DNA of 64,000 nt from Amoebidium appalachense (taxonomy: Eukaryota > Protista > Ichthyosporea): positions 6,850,171 to 6,914,170 of the forward strand of contig CAVNZM010000009.1 of NCBI GenBank assembly GCA_963693365.1, read 5' to 3'. Below the pieces are notes generated by a model. That model made no database searches. It saw only the letters and a list, made by a program, of their open reading frames with translations, and was not told the DNA's origin. Of the stretch, positions 10,851-22,180 are shown piece by piece (within the stretch, counting starts at the first letter, position 1; each line of letters begins with the position of its first letter). The position numbers and the translations under genes are program-made.

Positions 10851-13605
10851 TGCGCTATAATTTTGTAGTGATGTGTTTCTCAAGCCAATCAATACATCTA
10901 ATAAACAGGTCGTAGTTACGCGTGTTTAGTATAAAATCAAGGATGTTGTAATTTACAGGTAGGCTATCTTTCTGGGTGTCTGTTGTGAATGTGACGTGTG
11001 TGTGTTGCGGTATTATGTGGTCTATCAAACTACATTTGGCGATACATGACCGGTTAAACTGGTGTGTGTGTGTGTTGTTTGGGCATGCAAATGATGCCAC
11101 CTTATACTTATTAGATCTCCACTGTATAGCACGTGTACAGTAAAAGCGTGGTAATTGATCAATAATACCATCAGCTAGAGAAAGACCAGTTCTACAGGAA
11201 GGTAATATGTATTTAGGTGTTATACACTTGCGAGTGCCATATTTGGCAATATGGTTGAGGCGGTCAGTATATATAAAACGAGACATAAGGCTTAGTTTTT
11301 CAAGGTGTATGCTTTCATCGGGTCTAGTGTCGTGTGGTATCTTTTTCCATTTGTTATATTGCGTGATTATCTTGTGATTGTGTACATGTTTAATAAGTAA
11401 GTGGCAGTCCAAAGTCACACACACACTATTGCGGGGTTTATTTGTATTTGTGCCCAGGGGAGAAGGGGAGAGAGAGGGGAGGAAAGAGGGGAGAGGTGAG
11501 GAGGGGACAGGTCGGATAGAGAAGAGAGGGTGGGAGGGCAAATACTTCTTTAAGCGGCTTATGTGCTTATTGAATTTCAGCGCGAGATAGGATACTCTAG
11601 CAGCTATTGGGACCAGACCATATATCGAGAGCGTTACAGGCCCAGGTTTACAACAGTTGTTAGATAGAAAGGAGGCAACTTCTGCTTCAAGGAAATTTGC
11701 CAAGGGTTTAAGCGCTCTAGTTCTCTCTTTCTTGATCCAAGCGGCGAGAAGGGGTAAACCATATTCACATGCCGGGAAGACAAAAGTGCGAATAAATGTA
11801 AGTCTAATAGAAGGATGGAGGGGTGTGTCTTTAAAAATATTAGCCGAGAAGAAAGCTAACCGCTTACGAGCCAACTCTACCCTCTTTTCGACCATATGGG
11901 GAAACATAACACCAACAGAATCAACCGGAACACCAAGATATTTGTATTCTGGAACTATAGGTACAGGTTTAGATGATAATGTAAATGTGTGTAAATTGTT
12001 AGCTATATCAGGTACAAGAACACCACATTTGTCTATGTTAAGGATCATAAGGTTTGCCTTGCACCACTCTGACACTACATCGAACAATCTTTGCAGGCGT
12101 CTAGGGGTACGGGCAAGGAGGGACAGATCATCAGCATAGAGAAGTGCAGGCGGAAAGTTATTAATAGGGTCATCGTTTTCGGCGTAAATCTTGACAGCCA
12201 AATCATCTATAAATAGGTTAAACAAAAAGGGGCTAAGCAATGAACCCTGCAAGAGACCTCTAGTACGAGCAAAACCATATGAAAGATGCCCATTAACCAC
12301 AGCTCTACCATAGGTTTGAGACAAGAGTGCTTCTAACAGAACACCAATGCAGTGTGGTACACCCCGTGCAGCAAGCTTTTCCCATAGGAGACCAGGGGAG
12401 ACAGAATCGTAAGCAGTTTTCCAATCAATAAAGCCAACATATTGTGCACCAACTTGCATAGAATCGTGCAGTGCCATTATTTGAACATAACATGAATTGT
12501 TTTTACGAAAAGCGGATTGGCATGGGTGTATGTGAAGAATAGATTGAAACCTAGGGTGATGTGCAAATAACCTAAGTAAGCAAGCTTCAAAGAATCTACG
12601 AACAACCTGGGTTAGTGTAATGGGGCGAAAGGATGATATGGGGCCCTCAGAGTCCTTCTTAACTATGGGGATCACTAAGGTATCTAACCAAGATGACGGG
12701 ACATGTCCACATTTAACACACCAAGAAAAGAGACCTGAGCTTAACATGATAGTAAGATCAGGTTTAATAGCACGATCACTTTCCTTTTGTGGGTAGGAGG
12801 GAACAAGGATTTTAAGAAACCCAGCAGGGAGTCCATCAGGTCCACAAGACTTACTAGAGCTATAACTAGATATCACAGACCATATGGCATCGGGACTGAA
12901 AAAGGGGAGGATCGATTCTATGGGGATAGATGGGTCTACAGGCCACACAATAGGTTTCTGAGCGGGGGTCCTATCTTTAAACAGTTCCGAGAAATACTTA
13001 TCAGAGTCTATGAGGGGGTCTCCAGTGGTATCACCAATAATACGAGCAGGGGGGCCAAATCGATTCATACTAGCAAGCCGGCGCAAGCTTTCCTTTTGAG
13101 ACAGGGGTTCACCTAGTCTAGCGGGAGTGGTGTTTGGTAACAAGAGAGCATCGGGATATTCCTTCCTACCACCGCCAGCATAATCACCGAGATCTATCAA
13201 ATCATCAACAATAAAGTTAGTGCATGTATCTAGTACGAGATGTGAATCTGGCCTGGCTTGTGCAGATTCTAATAGGCGCATATATATAGGGTGTTTCGTA
13301 GCATAGCATACACATACATCAACTCTACCCCACTGTGACTTAAGCTGGGATAGACGGAGGCGAAAGGTGGGAGGGGGAGGGGGGAGCAGATCAAGGGAGA
13401 TCTTAGGTAGGAAAAGGATAGGAGAGTGGTCAGATGACCTAGAGAGGTTAGGAGGGAGAGAGAGTTTTGACATGGTTGATGGCCAAAAGGCCACTCCCCA
13501 GTCGGTGTTGTGGGCATGGGATATTTGAGGGAACCGCAAAGTGTGACTTTGGACATACCTTGCTATGTGTGTGTGTGTATGTGTGTGTGTGTGTGTGTGT
13601 ACACA
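10495..13605 (-). mobile_element. Non-LTR retrotransposon (LINE, APE-type), 5' part removed by Copia insertion
   Basis: Long RT ORF plus a ~360-bp 3' UTR that recurs at 54571-54991. The 5' side abuts an LTR end at 13606. Confidence 0.9.
10855..13605 (-). CDS. LINE ORF2: C-terminal APE remnant, reverse transcriptase, C-terminal Cys/His motif
   Basis: SDHSPI (last APE motif), KSCGPDG, FRPITL, QSAFR, DWKTAYDSV, GLLQGSLLSPFLF, YADD, YKYLGV, CPNNTHTHQFNRSCIAKC. About 900 codons with no stop. Confidence 0.92.
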   Translation of the reverse strand, partial: CVHTHTHTHTHTHIARYVQSHTLRFPQISHAHNTDWGVAFWPSTMSKLSLPPNLSRSSDHSPILFLPKISLDLLPPPPPTFRLRLSQLKSQWGRVDVCVCYATKHPIYMRLLESAQARPDSHLVLDTCTNFIVDDLIDLGDYAGGGRKEYPDALLLPNTTPARLGEPLSQKESLRRLASMNRFGPPARIIGDTTGDPLIDSDKYFSELFKDRTPAQKPIVWPVDPSIPIESILPFFSPDAIWSVISSYSSSKSCGPDGLPAGFLKILVPSYPQKESDRAIKPDLTIMLSSGLFSWCVKCGHVPSSWLDTLVIPIVKKDSEGPISSFRPITLTQVVRRFFEACLLRLFAHHPRFQSILHIHPCQSAFRKNNSCYVQIMALHDSMQVGAQYVGFIDWKTAYDSVSPGLLWEKLAARGVPHCIGVLLEALLSQTYGRAVVNGHLSYGFARTRGLLQGSLLSPFLFNLFIDDLAVKIYAENDDPINNFPPALLYADDLSLLARTPRRLQRLFDVVSEWCKANLMILNIDKCGVLVPDIANNLHTFTLSSKPVPIVPEYKYLGVPVDSVGVMFPHMVEKRVELARKRLAFFSANIFKDTPLHPSIRLTFIRTFVFPACEYGLPLLAAWIKKERTRALKPLANFLEAEVASFLSNNCCKPGPVTLSIYGLVPIAARVSYLALKFNKHISRLKKYLPSHPLFSIRPVPSSPLPSFLPSLSPSPLGTNTNKPRNSVCVTLDCHLLIKHVHNHKIITQYNKWKKIPHDTRPDESIHLEKLSLMSRFIYTDRLNHIAKYGTRKCITPKYILPSCRTGLSLADGIIDQLPRFYCTRAIQWRSNKYKVASFACPNNTHTHQFNRSCIAKCSLIDHIIPQHTHVTFTTDTQKDSLPVNYNILDFILNTRNYDLFIRCIDWLEKHITTKL

Positions 13606-14347
13606 TGTTGTTTTGTACTGGTCTAAGGGAGCAGAGTGCACAGAGGTGTCATGTAAAACACGACCAACACAATAAAGAGAGGGCAATCGGAGTTGTTCAC
13701 GACACATGAAAGATTTCAAACAACAACTGACCTTTTATTGTGCTCTCGGGTCTTTTTGTACTTGCAACTTATCATCTTATCTCAACTAAAAGGGGAGAAC
13801 CAATCGGTTCTATCAGATGATAGAAAAACACATTCCGACAGAGCATACGCATTCCAACTTCCGACATAACCGAAGCTTAGAAACTCTTACTAAAATATCT
13901 GAAGTAATTATACATCTTGTCACTATCATATACTATATGTATACTCGTCTCTATAAAGAAACTCATTTAAATACATGTATTTCCTAATAGTCGACACTCT
14001 CAAAGTGAAGACACATTACGATAAACCGCATTCCGTATATATCTCTTGTGTCCAATCATAACACGTATATTAATGGACAGGAATGCACAACACGATCTAT
14101 AGATGTACTCACTCGCGACTATTGGTGAGTCATCTTATTGTGAACTAAAACTAACTTAACCTCTTTGAAATGAAACAAAGACGACGAATGTAGCTAGCCA
14201 ATCACGCTACCTCTCAGATAAACAGAGGAGAGCAAACACAGATAAAATACATTAAGTTCTATCAGGCAAGAGAGCCAGGTGTGCACAGATCTACAGATAT
14301 CTGTGCACACAGAAACAAGGGAGAGAGAGAGATACGGGGGGGGGGGG

Positions 14348-14817
14348 TGTTGGAAGTAGAGTCCGCTGTGACTAGGGTCGTCGTGGCGCGCTTGGGCGCT
14401 GACCCGTTTTTTTACTGCTTTCAGTGTGTTAACTCCATGACTGAACTCCATGACTGAACTCCATGACTGAACTCCATGACTGAACTCCATGTCTGAACTC
14501 CATGACTGAACTCCATGACTGAACTCCATGTCTGAACTCCATGTCTGCACCTGGCAGAGACGTGGCTTATATACCCGTGGGGCAGCAGTCTGGAATGTAA
14601 TCCGGATGCCAGGTGCTAATCGGATTGGTTACTTTCATTTAGAGATCTCTGGGACCAGTGAACCAATCGTTTGCAGTCAAAACACAATTGGCAACATTCC
14701 TCAACTATGCAGATGTGCATGTGGTGATCGAGTGTCAGCGTGTGTCTGTGTACACGGAACCAATTGTAAAGCTAACATACACATATTGTGGAGTGAGCGT
14801 AAGTCTGCACTCCAACA
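14348..14817. mobile_element. Solo LTR of a different family (470 bp) inserted in the poly-G tract of the Copia LTR
   Basis: Termini TGTTGGA...TCCAACA with G-runs on both sides. Absent from the homologous LTR at 61930-62802. TATATAA on the minus strand near 14570. Confidence 0.8.
14431..14547. repeat. 13-bp tandem repeat x9 (AACTCCATGWCTG)
   Basis: Nine contiguous units, three carrying an A>T variant; no spacers. Confidence 0.95.
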
Positions 14818-14840
14818 GGGGGGGGGGGGGGGGGGGGGGG

Positions 14841-14886
<46 letters not shown>

Positions 14887-15009
14887 AAAGAGAAAAAGGG
14901 AGAGAGGGGGGAGAGCACAAAGAAGGAGAGCAGACACGAATCCAAATAAAGCTAAGACACATACATACTTCAAGACTCTTGCTGTCCTACGTAGTGACGT
15001 ATTCTAACA

Positions 15010-17617
15010 TCCCCACTCAAGGGGTTGAAGTTTGTGTTCTCGTGTCTGTTGATGTGACGGTAGATGAGGTCCTGACACATGGGGCCGTCACACACAAGTC
15101 TCCCCACTCGAGGATGCAAACCGAAGATCCTTGAGGTGGGAAGGAGAAAACCAAAACGGAAGAGGCACACAACGACGGTTGCCTCGGAAGACTCGGAACA
15201 GGAAGGGAGTCATGGTGGGTAACGTCGATATATATATATATATATATATATAAGAGAAACACTAGTGTATGTGTGCGGTGTTGGTGGCTAATGTTTTATA
15301 CTGGAGACCACCCAGATAAGCACAAGGCATAAACATCTTGTGGACTGATTTATAGACTGGTAATCAACCAGTTAAGACAGTCACGGGGAAGGTTCATCCG
15401 GCATGGACTAGGTTTAGACTGGCAGTGACAGCTCGCCATGGCTATAGATAATTATTTATACTGGGACGCCATCCCAGTTCGACATATACATAAGTCGAAT
15501 TTAGGAGAAAACCAATATATAATGGTGGGATATGAATATAAATAAATAAACGACGGATGGTGGAGAATAATCCCCACTGAAGATGCACACACTTGACGAT
15601 GGAAGACAGAGTCCCCACTGATGAAGACAAACGATGAGGAGTTACTGTAGACTTTCGTTGGGAGGCATCTTGATCACCGTAGATGTGTCAACTGCTGTCC
15701 AGGGCCCCAACCTACTCAAAAACCACTTGATGATGGACACCAGTGCACGGTTTCAGTCACGAAGACTGAGGTTGGCACGGTGTACCTCGTGGGCCGGACC
15801 AGCCAGAGGCTTGGTGAAGATGTCGGCCAGGTTCTTCTTGGTGTCAATTTAGGTGACGGTAACGTCCCCACTGTTGATGTAGTCCTTGGTGTTGAAGTAA
15901 CGAACGGCAATGTGCTTGGTCCGGTGCTTGATGGTGTTGGAGTGGACCAGAACAATGGTGGACTGATTGTCACAGTACACCGGGGTGGGCTCGGTCATGG
16001 GGTAGCCCAGTTCCTTGAGTAGATCACGGTGCCAGGCAACATCTTGCATGGCAGCATTGAGGGTCAGGAGCTCGGCCTCACAGGTGGAAGTTGCAGTGAT
16101 CGACTGCAGCTTGGAGTGGTAGGTGACGGGGGTGCCCTCGAGGAGGATGACGTACCGAGACGTGGAACGACGGGTGGTGGGGCAGCCAGCAAAGTCAGAA
16201 TCTGAGTAGCACTCAAGGATGGGCACCTTGCTGTTGGGGGCCTTCTTCTTGTAGTAGAGGCCGAGGTTGATGGTGCCGATCAGGTATCGAACGACACGGA
16301 GGAGAAGCTCCCAGGCAGTCTTGGTGGGCTTGGAGCTGAATCGGCCGAGGTAGCCAATGGCATAAGAGATGTCTGGCCGGGAGCACCGAGCAACCCACAG
16401 CAGACGGCCGAGGAGTTCACGGTAGGGGATGGTGGTGGGCAGGGAGGAGAGGGAGGCCTCCGAGTTGATGATGACGGTGCCCACGGGGATGGGGGTGGCC
16501 TTGGGCTTAGCATCGACCAGGTTGAAGTCGGTGATGATGTCCTTGATGTAGGAGGACTGCAGCAGCTTGAGGGAGTCATTGGTGTACAGCAGCTGGGTGC
16601 CGAGGAAGATGTCTGGCAGACCGACCTTGCACTCGGCAGACTTCATGATGTGGGCAACAAGCTCCTTCATACGGGTGGAGTACCGTGTGCAGGTGATGAT
16701 GGCATCGTCAACGTAGTTGCCCGATCGGATGATTTCCCCGTTGGGGAACTGATGGAAATAGACACACGGATCGGAACGAATACGGGTGAGGCCGTGGGCA
16801 ACAAGGATGGAGTTGAAGAACTCGTACCATGCCAGGGAGGCCTGCTTGAGTCCTAGAGGGCCTTCTTGAGTTTCCAGACTTTGTGTTCGTTGCCGGGGAG
16901 GATGAAACCAGGAGGCTGCTCCATGTACAAAGTCTCGTCGAGGGGGCTGTTGAGGAAGGCTGTGCTGATGTCGAGTTGATGGATCTCGTGATCCTGCTGC
17001 ACACCGAGGGCAAGCAGGGCACGGACGGAGGAAGACATGACGACGGGGGAAGAGTTGTCACCGTAGTCAACACCATAGACTTGGGTGAAACCCTTGGCCA
17101 CACCACGACCCTTGATCTTGGTTTCACCAGCAGAGTTGAGTAACTTCTCCATGACAATCCACTTGAATCGGATGATGTTGGCATCGGAGGGAGGTTCAAC
17201 CACGTCGAAGGTGTCCTTGTCGATGAAGGCCTTGTACTCGGCAGTGAGGGCAGCAACCACGTCATCACCCTTGGGGCCGGAGCACAGCTTCTGAATCGAC
17301 CGGGGCAGCTGAGACACATCAAGGCTGGGTCGGGAGATGCTCACCATAGCCGTGGCAAGCCGGGAGGAGAGACGGGAGGAACGACGGGGGACGGGACGGA
17401 GGGGTACAGGGGCCGGGGGGGTAGTTGGGGCAGTCACTCGGGGGTCGGGGATGGGAGCCTGGAAGCCGGGAATGGGTGCCGTGTTGAGGCGGGAGTCGGA
17501 TGACACGGGGCTGGATGGGGCCGAGTGGAACTCCGGAGACCCAGGACGAACCGGGGTCATATGACCAGGTACGTGGTCATCGACTGCAGGATCCGGCAGT
17601 AGAGGTTGCTGGCCGGT

Positions 17618-17658
<41 letters not shown>

Positions 17659-19600
17659 GGGTGGAGCCACGGGGGCAGGCACACGACGGGGGGAACGACG
17701 GAGAATCACTGACGGAATATCATCGTCATCGGAGTGGGGATCCAGGGACGGCATGGATGGATCGATTGAGGTCGGCTGATTGGTGGCCTGCACAAAAATC
17801 TGATTGAATGCCGTGGTGAATTGTGATTCGTCGAAGACGACATCGCGGTAGATGTTGACCATGTTGCCTCGTAGATTCATGATCTTGTGAGCCTTGTTGG
17901 TGATGTCCCAGCCCACGTAGGTGCCGAGTTTGACAGTAGAGGCCAACTTGTCTCGTTTTGATGCAGGGACGTGTACATAGGCTGGGCAGCCGAACACGTG
18001 CAGGTGGGAGATGTCAGGCTTGACACTGTAGAAGACTTCAAACGGTGTACGGCCGTTGGCAGCTCTGGCCGGGGTCACGTTGATGATGTAGGCAGCATGC
18101 TTGAGAGCAGCCCCCCACAGCTTGGGGAAAGGGAGTCGGCCTTGTCCTGGTGAAGGAAGCACCGAACGATCTCTTGCAGATCCCTCATCTTACGTTCAAC
18201 GAAGCCGTTGAGCTGAGGGCAATCAACCGGGGCAATTCCTGAACGATGCCCTTGGACTGGCAGTACTGCTCCATGGCATGGGAGGTGAACTCGGACCCGG
18301 AGTCGGAACGGAAGTGGGTCACCACCTTGTCGGGTTGCTTGTCAATACTCTCGACCAGGGCCTTGACGTATTCGAGAGTCTCTGATCGATCACGGAGGAG
18401 GTACACGATGGTGTAGCCGGAGGCATCACAGGTACACACGAGGGCCACCTTGTAGCCACCATAGGAGGCACAGGGAGGCTAGAAGAAGTCCATGTGCCAC
18501 TTGGCACCGGGTTAAGGGGCACTGGGTTCAACTGGTGCCGGGGAATGCGGCCTTGGTGGTTTTGCCGGAGACACAGCCGAAGCAATCAGTGGTGTCAGCC
18601 ACCGAGAGGGATGAGGGGAGGCCTGTCACGAGGTCACCTCTCACCATCTTGGTGAGGGTGGACATGGCACGGTGGCCGAGACGATGGTGCCAGAGCTTGG
18701 GATCAATGTTGACCTTGACGTTGGCAACCAGGGCAGTGACGGACCGAGAGATGGAGGGACGTCACGGTATCTCATAGTCGGTGATGAAGTACAGTCCATC
18801 GTTGCCGGTGAGGGAACACGCGATGTTGCCACCACGAGTGTAGAGGTAGGAGGGGAATTCATCCTCATCATCGAGGTGGGCAAGGAGACCCGACTTGGAG
18901 GCCATTGAGGGGGAAATCAGGAAGGCTGGGGAGCCGGGCACATAAAGTGTGTTGAGGCTAAGAACTGATGTAACTCCGTTGTAGTTGACGGCCAGGTTGA
19001 TGATACCACGGTGATGAACAGTGACAATGCCGAGGCTGTGGACGTCGATCGGGGGGCACGGCTCGAGGGTGGAGAAGTACTCCTTGACGGGGCACACATG
19101 GACGTTGGAGGCCGAGACCCAGCAGGGGTCCATGGGGAGGGAAGCCGTGGTGGGGACGAGGGCAAAATGCACCTCTTTGCCAGACTTGAGGCTGGCATGG
19201 TGACGATGGGCAACGGAGCAGCCAGGTTTGTCACACGGTGTGACATGATGGTTCTCGTGGCAGTAAGCACAGTCGAGGGAGCCAGTGGTCTTGGCACGGG
19301 GTTGGTGGTGATGACGGTTACCTGTCCCTTTACGTGGGGGGTAGGGTGACCGGGAACGGGGACCGGGGGAACAGGAGCGGGAGTAATCACGGTCGACGGA
19401 GGGGGATCTATCGTTGGGACGACCACGGGGGTGACGGGAGACGGAGCTGTCACGTCAGGGGATCCGGTGACGGAGGTCATCCTTGGGGAGGACACGGCTT
19501 TGCAGGGCTCGTGCTGTACGGACGGAGGAGGAAGACCCGGACCCAGAGTCGATGAGACCTTCACGGATCTCTGCAGCTCGGATGTCACTGAGGAGAATCC
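15010..19600 (-). mobile_element. Ty1/Copia retrotransposon internal region, decayed (gag-PR-IN-RT-RH), 5' LTR missing
   Basis: Zn knuckle CAYCHENHHVTPC; damaged protease WVSASNVHVC; LWHHRLGH; integrase RSDSGSEF and HLHVFGCPAYVH; RT KGRGVAKGFTQVYGVDY, QLDISTAFLN; RNase H YSDSDFAG, STCEAE, YCDNQS, RTKHI, ADIFTK. Several frameshifts and an in-frame TAA at 15849; pol ends ~15753. Confidence 0.95.
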
Positions 19601-19639
19601 CATATCTGTGCGGCGTGTACATGTTTATTACCTGAATCA

Positions 19640-20040
19640 CAAAGATGCAGCCAACCCCCGAGACTTGGGGGAGGAGGCTGTGGCGCAGTTGGAAGTGAAT
19701 TCGTGTAATAGCAAGAGTGGTAGTGGTACCAAGTTGTTACGGGATCCGGAGATTCACAGCTTAGGCGCAAAAATCAACGGTTAGGCACCTTAGGTAATGT
19801 CCTGGCTCGAGTTAGATTTAGAAGCTGAACATGTTGACGGGAGAGTAGTCGTCGCATAGAAGTTGAGCAGATAGCAGCTTAAAGTTGCCCATGTCGACGG
19901 CAGCTGGGGCTAATAAATCATAATCCCATGATGTGTTTTGTTACATTCAATTTTTGTCCTAGTGAGGATAGTCGTTTGTAACTGACATCATTTGTGCACA
20001 ATGGGGTAAGCTTGTCAATTGCAAGTTTTTGCACCTAAAA
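19640..20040. repeat. Unclassified dispersed repeat, copy 1 (copy 2 at ~53130-53530)
   Basis: Colinear shared blocks TGCAGCCAACC, CTGTGGCGCA, TAGAAGTTGARCAGATAGCAGCTTAA and AAGCTTGT. Confidence 0.7.
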
Positions 20041-20087
20041 ACCATGACAGGCCTTATGGGTTGGGGTTTGTGTGTGTGTGTGTGTAT

Positions 20088-20130
<43 letters not shown>

Positions 20131-20547
20131 AGTGGACCTCTCGGAAATCTGCTACAGGGTTATTCAGGATTAAGATAATTTACCTAAAAGATATATAGTA
20201 CTACTCTTAAAGGCACCGAGGCTGGGGGGGAAATAAGATAACGGGGGAGAGGGAGGGGGAGGGGGAGGGGGAAGGATTCGGAGGAGGACTGTGGCTTCCC
20301 TACTTCGTCTATTATTATTATTATTAGGCTGTGCACCGTAAAATGTCCTTGTGTGCAGCAGTCTGATATCATATTTCTTTTCTGCTTAGCTTAAAGGGCC
20401 TCCGGAAGCTTTAAAAATTTGCTTCGTTACAAAATTTAATCAACAGACAGAAAAAGTCAATCATTATGGGTGTTTGGATGAGTTATTGTCCTGTCATTCA
20501 AGTGTGTGAGTGTGTGAGTGTGTTTGTGAGTGTGTGTATGTGTGAAC

Positions 20548-20593
<46 letters not shown>

Positions 20594-20629
20594 GTGTGTG
20601 TGTGTGCCACGGTGTGTGTGTGTGTGTGT

Positions 20630-20673
<44 letters not shown>

Positions 20674-20713
20674 GTGTGTGTGTGTGCCACGGTGTGTGTG
20701 TGTGTGTGCACGT

Positions 20714-20770
<57 letters not shown>

Positions 20771-20862
20771 GTGTGTCACAGTGTGTGTATGGTGTGTGTG
20801 TGTGCCACGGTGTGTGTGTGTGTGTGTATGTATGGTGTGTGTGTGTGCCACGGTGTGTGTGC

Positions 20863-20901
<39 letters not shown>

Positions 20902-21021
20902 CACGCACGCGTGCGTGTGTGCAACCGGCTAAGAATGAGTGTAAGGGCTTATTAATTGGCCCTGTGACGGTGTCCAGACACGTGCCTTGATAAATACTCC
21001 CTGGATCTATGCGCCTTTCCG

Positions 21022-21509
21022 TGCGAAAATGTGTGCATATATCTGTGTGTACATATGGATTTTGTGTTCGTTTGTCACCAGGTGTGTTTGTGTGTGTGTG
21101 GTATGTGTGTGCCTCCGCGTCACGGTGCCTCCCCCCCCCCCCTCCCCCCCCCCCCCCCCCCCCCGGTCGTGTGGGTCCTTTTTCTGGGGTGGTTTTTTTG
21201 TTATTTATTTATTTATTTACTTATTTTTTGGGGGGGGGAGGGGAGGGGGGCTGTGCAAAAAATGTGCGCATATGATCTCTGTGTATATTTGGATTTTGTG
21301 TTCGTTTGTCACTGGGTGTGTTTGTGTGTGTGGTGTCTGTGTGTGTGCACGAGTGTGTTTATCACAATGTGTGTGTGTGTGTGTGTGTTTGCCTCCATGT
21401 CACAATGCACGGCGTGTGCGCTCCTCCCCCCCCCCCCCCCCACCCACCCCCAACCCCTCCCACCCTGTCCTGTGGGGCCTTTTTCTGGGGTGGTTTTTTT
21501 CTTGTTATT

Positions 21510-21565
<56 letters not shown>

Positions 21566-21831
21566 CTGTGCAAAAAATATGCGCATATGATCTCTGTGTC
21601 ACAATGATTTGGATTCTGTGCTCGTTTGCCATTAGGTGTGTTTGTGTGTGTGGTGTCTGTGTGTGTGCACGTGTGTGTATCACAATGTGTGTGTGTGTGT
21701 GTCTCTATGTCACAATGCACGGTGTGTGTGTGCGTCCCCCCCCCCCTCCCCCCCCCCCCCCCCCCCCCCCCCGGCCCATCCTGTCCTGTGGGTCCTTTTT
21801 CTGGGGTGTTTTGTTTTCTTTTTTTTTTTTT

Positions 21832-21862
<31 letters not shown>

Positions 21863-22083
21863 GGAGGGCTGTGCAAAAAATATGCGCATATGATCTCTGT
21901 GTATATTTGGATTCTGTGTTCGTTTGTCATTGGGTGTGTTTGTGTGTGTGGTGTCTGTGTGTGTGTACGTGTGTGTATCACAATGTGTGTGTGTGTGTGT
22001 GTGTGTGTCTCTCCATGTCACGGTGCACGGTGTGTGCACGTCCCCCCCTCCCCCCCCCCCTCCCCCCCCCCCCCCCCCCCCAA

Positions 22084-22114
<31 letters not shown>

Positions 22115-22180
22115 GCAGCCCAGAAAAAGATCCCGCGGGACGGGAAGGGGGGGAGGGGGGAGGGGGGAGGGGGAGGGGGA
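21022..22180. repeat. Complex tandem repeat, 4 units of ~230-310 bp with TG, poly-C, poly-T and poly-G subtracts
   Basis: Units begin ~21022, 21251, 21566 and 21869, each with an approximate TGCAAAAAATRTGCGCATATGATCTCTGTG...GGATTYTGTGTTCGTTTG. Confidence 0.9.

Larger units (their letters stand above)
13606..15009 (-). repeat. 3' LTR of the Copia element (~930 bp, interrupted by a solo LTR)
   Basis: On the minus strand it starts TGTTAGAATAC directly after a PPT-like TTGAGTGGGGA and ends GTACAAAACAACA. Homologous to 61930-62802 and 55847-62925. Confidence 0.88.

Noticed and set aside
14431-14547. Short regular repeats as a CRISPR array
   Set aside because: Units are contiguous with no spacers, no cas genes, and a eukaryotic LTR context.
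13606-15009. This segment as the LINE 5' UTR
   Set aside because: It has TG..CA termini, follows the Copia PPT, and occurs elsewhere independent of the LINE.
19610-19700. VINMYTP as the missing LINE APE motif on the far side of the Copia element
   Set aside because: No other APE motifs at the proper spacing and no TSD linking the two sides.
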